Below the pieces are notes generated by a model, which saw only the letters and a list, made by a program, of their open reading frames with translations, had not been told where the DNA came from and searched no databases. A stretch of DNA of 64,000 bases from Candidatus Marinacidobacterales bacterium. GTDB lineage: Bacteria > Acidobacteriota > Vicinamibacteria > Marinacidobacterales > DATDRI01. Positions 56,875-64,000 of the stretch are shown in pieces (position 1 is the first letter of the stretch; each line of letters starts with the position of its first letter). The position numbers and the translations under genes were made by a program. The stretch is taken from positions 1,440,001 to 1,504,000 of the forward strand of contig OZ244742.1 of the NCBI GenBank assembly GCA_965219415.1, given 5' to 3'.

Positions 56875-59588
56875 CGCGTGCCCCGCTCGCTTGTGGCTCG
56901 ACTTCCTCTACCGGCCCTATCGGCTCCAATGGCAGGCGGGTTCTCGACAAGGCTCAAGAGAAGCTCCTGCGCTGCGTCGAAATTGGGGGCGATCTCGAGC
57001 GCTCGCAACACCTCACGCTTCGCGGACAAGCGGTCCCCGGCGTCGAAGTGGGCGCGCGCCAGCTCATAGATCGCCTGCGCCCGGTCGACCTGCTCCAGTG
57101 CCACCACCGCCTCGCGCTCGCGGATGACCGCGTCATGCCGGCCGAGCTCTCGATGAAGATCGGCCAGCTTCTTGTGCGGCTCCATTTCGAGCGGGTAGAT
57201 AAACGCGGCTTTTTCGAACGCCTCGGCGGCTGCGGGTTGATCTCCCAAAGACTCCTGGATCTCCGCCAGCTTCAGGTGCGCTTCATAGTGGCTTTCATGA
57301 ATCTCGGTCAACGTCGTGAGCTCTTCCGCGGCTCGAGCGGCGTTTCCTTGCTTCTGATGAATCTGAGCGAGGTACCAATATGGGCTGTCGTTGCCCCCGT
57401 ACTCTGGGAACAGAAGCTTGGCATGCTCCAGATAGGTCAAGGCTTCTTCGAACTGTCCCAGCTCGAAAAGAGATTTCCCCATGGCCAGCTGCGCCGAGAA
57501 ATCCCTTGGGTCTTCCGCCACCCGATTCTGAATCGCTTGTCGGGTTAGGACCTCCATCACGTTTCCTTCGGGAGGAGGTTTCACCGCGGTTAGCGGCCCG
57601 GCAAAGCGCTCCCTCACGTAGGAGTCGAATTGCTCGTCGAAGGCTTTCGGCTCCAAGCCGAGGACCGTCTGGAAAACTTCGCCGGTCCTCAGACCCTTCT
57701 TGTAACCCTCAAGCATCTCCAGAACCGCCTCGAAGCCATAATCCCGCACGATGAGCTCGAAGACCAGAGACGCCTGGTAGTAGGAGTTACTAACTTGATG
57801 GGGGTAACTGGGGCGGATGAAGCCGTTGTTGAGCTCGGCAATCGGAAGCAGTTCGCCCTTCTGTAGCGCAACCAAGAATGGAATGCTGACATCGTCACCC
57901 CAACCGGTCCGCGCGTGGTGCTCCTCGTATACCGAAAGCCCCTCCGATACCCATCGCGGGACTTTGTGGTCGGTCGTTCCCAGCGTAACCGTGTGAGCGA
58001 GCTCGTGCCAAAGGGTGGAGCCCCAATTGAATCTACCTTTCTCGCGCGCCGATGGAGAATCGATCGCGATCACCGGACCGAAACAGACGCCGAGGGCCCC
58101 CAGGCCCGCCAAGCCGATGGTACGGACCGAGAAGTCGGCGTGGGAAGGATAGACCTCGACGCGGATAGGCGTGGGAGGTCGGTAACGATAACGTTCCGCC
58201 AAAGCGTCATACGCTTCCTCGGCAAGCGCCATCACGTAGGGAGAGAGAATGTCCGATTCCTTGGCGTCGATAACGAGCAGGAAGCGGTCGCTCTCTGTCT
58301 CCTTGTAGTTAGGGAAGGTGTCGAGAAGGTCGAGCGTATTTTTGATCCACACATTATAAGGATCACCGGCGAAGGACCGTTCCAGATTCTCTCGCCCCTC
58401 CTCGATATCACCGAGGCGGAGCTGATTGAGCCCGAGCAGTCCGTACCCACGCCAAGATTTTTCATCGAGGAGTATGGCCTGGCGGGAAAAATCCACCGCC
58501 TCTCGATAGAGCCGGTTTTGCACGCAAACATCGGCCAGGATGTTGTAGAGCTCAGCGTAAACGGGGTTCTGTGTCAAGATTATGTGGCGCGTGTTCTCGA
58601 AACCCTCACCGTCACCACTCAAGAAACTGGACGCCGCCAAAATGGAAAACGCCTCCAAGGAGACCGGATTGATCGTAAGTGCCAGCTCCGCCTCGGCGCT
58701 CGCTCTTGCGTAGTCCTCGAGATCCAGGTACTGGCGCGCAAGAAAAACCCGCGCCGGGACGAATCGGGAGTTCACCTCGAGAGCCCTTTCAACGAGCTTC
58801 AAAGCTTCTGCGGAACCGTCGGTGTCCACGACCTGCGCCAAACCAACGAGGGCTCTTGGCTGATTGGGGTTCTCGCTCAGAACCTCCCGAAACGTCGCCC
58901 TCGCATCTGTGGTGTTGTGTTTCTCGAGGAAGAGCTCGCCGATCGAGAGGCGTGGCTCGAGGTTGAACGGATCCATCGCCGCCGCCTCGTCCAATGCCCG
59001 CAGCGCATCCTTAAAGAGCTGCGGACTGTCGGCGCCGAGATAGCGACAAGCGTTCCCGACCGCGGTCAGGTCCGAAGACGAAAGTTGCACCTTTCCGCCA
59101 AGGTTGTAAACGTCGATGAACCGATCGAATCCGTGCATGGCTTCAGCACGCTTGCCTCGTCGGTAATCGAGAACCGCCAGGTTGAGCGCGGCGGTGAGCG
59201 CATCGGAGGCTTTACCCTTTGTCGCTCGTTCGAACGCTTGTTGCGCGGCCGGCAGGTTCCCGGTTTCATAGAGGAGCTCTCCGAGACTGTTCGAAAGCTC
59301 CATCGAGTCGGGGAAGGCACGTGCGAACCGTCCGATCGCTTCCTCTGCATCGTCGTAACGCCCGGTGTCACGGAGGGCTTGAACCAGCGCGCGACGGGCC
59401 AGCACGTCGCCTTCCTTGCTCTCGAGGTGCCTGGTAAGAAGCTTGATGGCTTGCGAATAGTCGCCTTTTCGCAGAGCCACGAGTCCATCCTCGAGGGTAT
59501 TGGCTTCAACCGGACCAACGCTCAGCGCGCCGGCGAGCATCACCGAAAGGGTGAGTCCGGCTGACATTCGATTCATTGGGCGATTCAT
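56871..59588 (-). CDS. Exported TPR-repeat protein with central gluzincin (peptidase MA-like) domain
   Basis: Signal peptide; many TPRs on both sides of WHELAH...PRWVSEG. Confidence 0.8.
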   Translation of the reverse strand: MNRPMNRMSAGLTLSVMLAGALSVGPVEANTLEDGLVALRKGDYSQAIKLLTRHLESKEGDVLARRALVQALRDTGRYDDAEEAIGRFARAFPDSMELSNSLGELLYETGNLPAAQQAFERATKGKASDALTAALNLAVLDYRRGKRAEAMHGFDRFIDVYNLGGKVQLSSSDLTAVGNACRYLGADSPQLFKDALRALDEAAAMDPFNLEPRLSIGELFLEKHNTTDARATFREVLSENPNQPRALVGLAQVVDTDGSAEALKLVERALEVNSRFVPARVFLARQYLDLEDYARASAEAELALTINPVSLEAFSILAASSFLSGDGEGFENTRHIILTQNPVYAELYNILADVCVQNRLYREAVDFSRQAILLDEKSWRGYGLLGLNQLRLGDIEEGRENLERSFAGDPYNVWIKNTLDLLDTFPNYKETESDRFLLVIDAKESDILSPYVMALAEEAYDALAERYRYRPPTPIRVEVYPSHADFSVRTIGLAGLGALGVCFGPVIAIDSPSAREKGRFNWGSTLWHELAHTVTLGTTDHKVPRWVSEGLSVYEEHHARTGWGDDVSIPFLVALQKGELLPIAELNNGFIRPSYPHQVSNSYYQASLVFELIVRDYGFEAVLEMLEGYKKGLRTGEVFQTVLGLEPKAFDEQFDSYVRERFAGPLTAVKPPPEGNVMEVLTRQAIQNRVAEDPRDFSAQLAMGKSLFELGQFEEALTYLEHAKLLFPEYGGNDSPYWYLAQIHQKQGNAARAAEELTTLTEIHESHYEAHLKLAEIQESLGDQPAAAEAFEKAAFIYPLEMEPHKKLADLHRELGRHDAVIREREAVVALEQVDRAQAIYELARAHFDAGDRLSAKREVLRALEIAPNFDAAQELLLSLVENPPAIGADRAGRGSRATSERGTR

Positions 59589-60619
59589 TGGGGCTGCTCC
59601 GCCACGGCGGCGATCGCGCGGTTCTTCCTGGCAAGCTCCACTAGAAGCTTTTCGAGATCCTCGAAGTAAAGCTCGGAAGGCATCGTCTCCTTCTGCAGCT
59701 TCAACACCTCGATCCGTTGCTCGAGGGCAAGTTTGTCCTTGTAGAGCGCCACCAACTCGGGATCCTCAGGGACTCCCGCTCCCGAACCAGCGGAACCGGG
59801 CATCGTACCGGAGCGCATGAAGGAGAACTTCGCTACCGCGCCATCCCCAGCCGCTTCTGTCTCGAGCGGTCGCTGAGTACCTTTCTGGTCCCCGTTGTCG
59901 TCCAGAACGGCGTGCTCGGTCTGGAGCTGGTTACCTTCCTCGTAGGCCTCGGCCACATGAAGACGCGCATACTCGAACGCTTCCAAGACCGACACCCGCT
60001 TGTCTTTGTCCACATCCGCCCCTTCGACGGCAAAGGCCTCTATGAAGTACTTACCGAACAGGGTCTCGTTTCTTTCCATCCCCGATTTGGTAGCCGTCAC
60101 AATGACCCGGTTCTCACCGGACAGCGCCTGGACAAACCCTCCGCTTGCGCTCGCGGCATTGACGAAGACGATCTGCTGCGAGTCGAACCGTTCCAGGAGG
60201 GCAGCGAACTCATCGGCAGTAAGGTCGGGCCCCGGAAGATTGAACCGAGACTCTCCGGAACGATAGCTACCGTGCCCAATGAGGACAATGAAAACCTGAT
60301 CGTCGGGCTCCACCCGCCCTGCGATTTCCGTCAACGCAGTCTCGACGGCCTCTTTGGTGGACTTCCCTCGAATGCGTTCTGGATCCCGCTCGGGTTCTTC
60401 GCCTAAATACCAAATATCCTCCGCCGGCAGGCCAAACCGAGTACTTGCCGCCTCCAGAAGCGCCATCGAGGATTCGTAGAATTGATCCCGATAGGCTGAC
60501 TCTCCTCCCAACCCACTTACGATGAGGAGGTAGCTGCGACCCACGGATTGAGCGCTCGCGAAATCGCTCACCGCCATGGCAAGGATGGCAATTCCTAGTA
60601 CGCGCTGAACCGGCTTCAT
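59585..60619 (-). CDS. Exported caspase/C13/C25-like (clan CD) fold protein without catalytic Cys
   Basis: Signal peptide; LLIVSG, VLIGHG, FVNAASASG, IVTAT, D.DKDKRVSVLEAF; C-terminal helical hairpin. Confidence 0.6.
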   Translation of the reverse strand: MKPVQRVLGIAILAMAVSDFASAQSVGRSYLLIVSGLGGESAYRDQFYESSMALLEAASTRFGLPAEDIWYLGEEPERDPERIRGKSTKEAVETALTEIAGRVEPDDQVFIVLIGHGSYRSGESRFNLPGPDLTADEFAALLERFDSQQIVFVNAASASGGFVQALSGENRVIVTATKSGMERNETLFGKYFIEAFAVEGADVDKDKRVSVLEAFEYARLHVAEAYEEGNQLQTEHAVLDDNGDQKGTQRPLETEAAGDGAVAKFSFMRSGTMPGSAGSGAGVPEDPELVALYKDKLALEQRIEVLKLQKETMPSELYFEDLEKLLVELARKNRAIAAVAEQPQ

Positions 60620-60645
60620 TTCATATCAATCCGGCCTAGGCTGGC

Positions 60646-62949
60646 TTAAGCCAGTCCTCGGGCTTTACGGTATCCCCACTCGGTCGCAACGAGTCCGACA
60701 ACTAGCAGAAAGAGAATTGGCATATCCCACAAGTCCTTCTCTTCGAGAACGGAAGTACCACCTTCGACATAGCTCATATCCTCGGGGAGCTCCGCCACGT
60801 TTTCGCTCGTGTAGAAGCGTCCGCCCGTATCCTCAGCGATTCGCTCGAGAAGCGACGTATTCATTTCCGCCCCGAAAAACTCATCGGCGAGTTCGGTAGT
60901 CAAAATGTAGGACGAAGATTCGCCAAGAAGGTTCCCGGACCGCCGAGCCGCCACCCGAATCTCGTGCAAACCCTTCTCTTCCGGAAGAAAGCTGGCGCGG
61001 TACTGGCCGTCGGTGTCCACCGTCCACTCCATCGCCAATTCCAAGAGCTCCCCGGAAGGAGTCTTGACTTCAGCCACCACCTCCGCGTTGTTCACCTTGA
61101 GGAACGTGTCGTCGTCGACCTCGGCGGTCAGGGTCACCGGCTCGCGGGGTGAGTAGCGATCCTTCTCGGTCGTCACTTCGACCGGGTCGGGAACATAGCT
61201 GACTAGCCATCTCAAGAGCTTGCGCCACAGCGTCTCGTGGGTCATGTCCTCGAGATCGATGTCGGCATGCATCTGCCACTGCCAGGAGTCGTGGGCGGTC
61301 AGCGCCAACGCCTTGCCGCGCCCGTAACGTTGAAACGCGAGCACCACCTGTCGCTCAGACGTTTCCAGCTCGGTGCCGACGAGCAACGTCGTTGCGCCCG
61401 GCTTGGTTTGCCGGACCGGGTTCAGTGTGGAAAGAGCCGGAAGCTTTTCCCACCGTGTGATACTCTCCTCCACGCCACCGCCGAATTGGGTCACGGGGTG
61501 GGTCTTGCCTACCGGCGTGGGCTCGACCGTCAACTCCGCAAAGTATGGCTCGCCTTCGTCTCCATCGAGCTCTTCGAGCGCCACCGGGAGCACTTCGGCC
61601 ACTGGAGTGCCAGCGTAGCCGCCTTCGGAAAAGGAGTGCCGCCCGCCCAGCATCAGAAACCCTCCCCCCCGCTGGCTCACGAAGTCGGCCATCATTCGGA
61701 GCTGGTCGTAGGTGAAATAGCTGGCTTCTACGCTCCCCAACACCAAGCCTCGGTAGCGGAAGAGCTCCTCCCTCGTCTTGGGAAATCCCGATGCGAGCTC
61801 CTCAGCGTCGCTCACATCGAGTCGCAAGAACTTGTTCTCAGCAGTTCGCTGTAGCACAACGACTCGAAGGTTCTTGTCTTTCGACACCGCTCGACGAATG
61901 AACTTCAACTCGAACCGAGGCTCACCCTCAAAATACAAGATCTTCTCGCGCCGGTCCTCCACCACGATGAGGACGTCCTGCTGGTTGTTCTGCGTGACCA
62001 TTTCGCCCGATTGCGGGTGAACCTTGAAACGGAACAGGCGTGGCCCCGCGTCGGATGCGGTGAAGTGCACGCGGACCGTCGAGACGTCGCCTTCGGACGC
62101 GAGCTCAACTTCGCGTGAGTTAACGATTCGACCGGAGTCCTCGACGTCGAGCCGTACTCGAGATCCGGGGAAGCCCCGCTGCGATATTCCCACGTCGACC
62201 ACCAGGGCTGAGCCCTTGAGCACCGAACGAGGAGTGTCCACGCGGGATAGCTCGATGTCTTTGGAAAACCGATCCCGACCAAGCCCCACGGTATAGACGG
62301 GAACGGATCGGGCTTTGAGCGCTAGCAACGTATCGCTGAGTATGGCGTGTGAATTATCGGCGCCGTCACTGACCAGAACCAAGCCCGCCAGTGGTACCGC
62401 AGCAAGCTCGTCGGCGACCCTTTCCAACGCCCGCCCGACATCGGTCCGCGGCCCGGCGAAAGTGAGCTCAGATGAGCTCGCGACCCGCTCGGCATCGGAT
62501 GAAAAGCGGAAGAAACGGATCTTGAATTTTTCCGACAGTGCATCGAGTAGTGGGCTTCCCTCGGGACCGAAGGTCGAGTGGATGAACTGCGAGCGCGGGG
62601 CGCCGTCCTTGTCCGCGATCTGAATGCTGCGGGTGTCATCCAGCAAGACGCCGACGAAGCTCTTGAGTGGCACCACCGTGGAGAGAACGAGAGCCGGCTG
62701 GCTCAGGCACAAGAGGATGACCGCCAAGACCGCCGCGCGCAAGAGCGCCAAGATCAGTCGGTCGCGTTGGCCAGTCTTTCCCCGCACGGCTCGGTACTTG
62801 AGGATGGTGGGCACGGCCACCGCAACGACAATGAGAGCGACCAAGTAAGACGGCCACGAAGCCGCAAGTGTCAGGCTTCCCTTTTCAAAAACGACCGGCC
62901 GGTACTTGAAAAGAAATTGAAAAACGGACTCGAAGAGGGACTCCATCAT
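60646..62949 (-). CDS. Membrane protein with VWA-like and class I glutamine amidotransferase-like domains
   Basis: N-terminal TMs; degenerate MIDAS DDTRS, VSDG; EGEPRFE, GGGFLMLGG, YGRGK; C-terminal EWGYRKARGL. Confidence 0.75.
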   Translation of the reverse strand: MMESLFESVFQFLFKYRPVVFEKGSLTLAASWPSYLVALIVVAVAVPTILKYRAVRGKTGQRDRLILALLRAAVLAVILLCLSQPALVLSTVVPLKSFVGVLLDDTRSIQIADKDGAPRSQFIHSTFGPEGSPLLDALSEKFKIRFFRFSSDAERVASSSELTFAGPRTDVGRALERVADELAAVPLAGLVLVSDGADNSHAILSDTLLALKARSVPVYTVGLGRDRFSKDIELSRVDTPRSVLKGSALVVDVGISQRGFPGSRVRLDVEDSGRIVNSREVELASEGDVSTVRVHFTASDAGPRLFRFKVHPQSGEMVTQNNQQDVLIVVEDRREKILYFEGEPRFELKFIRRAVSKDKNLRVVVLQRTAENKFLRLDVSDAEELASGFPKTREELFRYRGLVLGSVEASYFTYDQLRMMADFVSQRGGGFLMLGGRHSFSEGGYAGTPVAEVLPVALEELDGDEGEPYFAELTVEPTPVGKTHPVTQFGGGVEESITRWEKLPALSTLNPVRQTKPGATTLLVGTELETSERQVVLAFQRYGRGKALALTAHDSWQWQMHADIDLEDMTHETLWRKLLRWLVSYVPDPVEVTTEKDRYSPREPVTLTAEVDDDTFLKVNNAEVVAEVKTPSGELLELAMEWTVDTDGQYRASFLPEEKGLHEIRVAARRSGNLLGESSSYILTTELADEFFGAEMNTSLLERIAEDTGGRFYTSENVAELPEDMSYVEGGTSVLEEKDLWDMPILFLLVVGLVATEWGYRKARGLA

Positions 62950-62953
62950 GCGA

Positions 62954-63829
62954 TTAGTGGCTCATGCCGTAGATTATGAAGTTCACACCCATCTGGTACG
63001 CGTAAGTCGAAAATTTCAGTGGGTAGTATGGGTTCTCCGCCCACTCCCAGGCATCGCCGAGGTCGGTGTTCCAGTTAATCACGACCATCAGACGACCCTG
63101 GTCATCGGAAATCCCGCGAAGCACGGGCGTGTACCCGTCTTTTTCCCACGTCGGTCCCCCGGCAATCCCTTGGCCGACGTTGGGCACCTGAACAATTTCA
63201 TTAACGTTGTAAAAACAAGTGAACACCGGATGGTCCCGAGGAACATCCACGACCCTTCGTCCGGGAAGTATTCGCTCGAACTCCAACTCGAAGTTCTCCC
63301 ACTCGAAACTGCCCCAAAAGTCATCTATGACCAAGAAACCACCCGCCAGCAAATACCGTCGGAGGCCCAGGACCTCCGATTCCGACAACGCCATGTAGCC
63401 CACCTCGACGGCGTAGAGGAAGGGATAGCATCCCAGATTGGGGTCGGTCAGCCGAATGGGGTTCTCGGCTTCATACGCGTCGAGGTTGGTGAGCCTTCGA
63501 AGACCGATGAGGAACTGGCGGTCCGCCTTCGGGAAGTCCACACTCCAACTCCGGTGGTTTCGAAACCCGTAGCCGGTGTAAGCGGCGCGCGTGAAGTAGA
63601 ACTCGCGTGGTTCGCCGGGATGCCGCAGCAAGGGGAGCACGAGCTCGTCGTCGAGGGAACCGGCGCTCGGAGACGCTTCTATCGGAGATTGTTTGCTTGA
63701 GGCTTCGGTTACGGTCACTGATCTGACAGTGGGGAGCACGCTCCCCGGCTGCAAGGCAAGGATGGCGAGGGGCGCTCCAAGCACACCAAGAGTCAGAATC
63801 CCAACGGAGGCTAGCGTTTCGAGCCGCAT
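62954..63829 (-). CDS. Exported DUF4159 domain protein (second paralog)
   Basis: Signal peptide; WSVDFP, YLLAGGFLVIDDF, HPVF, DLGDAWE and GVNFIIYGMSH motifs. Confidence 0.85.
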   Translation of the reverse strand: MRLETLASVGILTLGVLGAPLAILALQPGSVLPTVRSVTVTEASSKQSPIEASPSAGSLDDELVLPLLRHPGEPREFYFTRAAYTGYGFRNHRSWSVDFPKADRQFLIGLRRLTNLDAYEAENPIRLTDPNLGCYPFLYAVEVGYMALSESEVLGLRRYLLAGGFLVIDDFWGSFEWENFELEFERILPGRRVVDVPRDHPVFTCFYNVNEIVQVPNVGQGIAGGPTWEKDGYTPVLRGISDDQGRLMVVINWNTDLGDAWEWAENPYYPLKFSTYAYQMGVNFIIYGMSH

Positions 63830-64000
63830 TCAGGAACTCCCTGTCAACAATTACCGGGATAACTGCGATAATCGCGGTCGCGACGTCGAGACAGGTCCAA
63901 GGCCCACTCGCTAGTGACTTCCATGAAGAATGACGGCAAGAAAGATGCCAGTACCACGGCCTGCCAGCCCTTCCTGGTGCGGCTTCCAGCCCCCATAAAG

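Noticed and set aside
57915-59564. 549-aa plus-strand ORF
   Set aside because: Antisense to the TPR-peptidase gene; no domain signal
63830-64000. Possible 3' end of another minus-strand gene
   Set aside because: Too short; reading frame and identity cannot be determined

Overview
GC-rich bacterial chromosomal window of mostly housekeeping genes. It is probably Acidobacteriota-like; this is an inference from the fused LptF-LptG, the small Fis-type HTH and the DUF4159/MoxR cluster. In order it contains: an ECF sigma/anti-sigma envelope-stress operon with two DUF4097 (toast-rack) proteins; purC, a Fis-like gene, a lone groES and a PilZ gene; the rimP-nusA-infB-DUF503-rbfA-truB and rpsO-pnp block; smc, murU-like, amgK-like, asnS and rimO; lptFG; a PHP hydrolase, metK and a GT-C-like membrane protein; a Fur-boxed operon coupling FeoB, a DtxR-FeoA protein and Fur to a porin, an FMN-binding protein, a His-containing membrane protein and ApbE; a GlmU-like gene, an oxidoreductase and a DEAD-box helicase; and a ~15.4 kb MoxR/VWA/DUF4159/DUF4175 operon with an exported TPR-metallopeptidase and a caspase-like protein lacking the catalytic Cys. 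The best candidates for an uncharacterised system are the FeoB-flavinylation operon and the MoxR operon. Non-coding candidates are a structured leader before murU, tandem NrdR-like boxes before smc, an RGAC-N3-GTCT array before metK, a hairpin array in the helicase leader, and nested REP-like repeats. No CRISPR array, rRNA, tRNA or intact transposase was seen. All family calls are from motif recognition by eye, with no database search.
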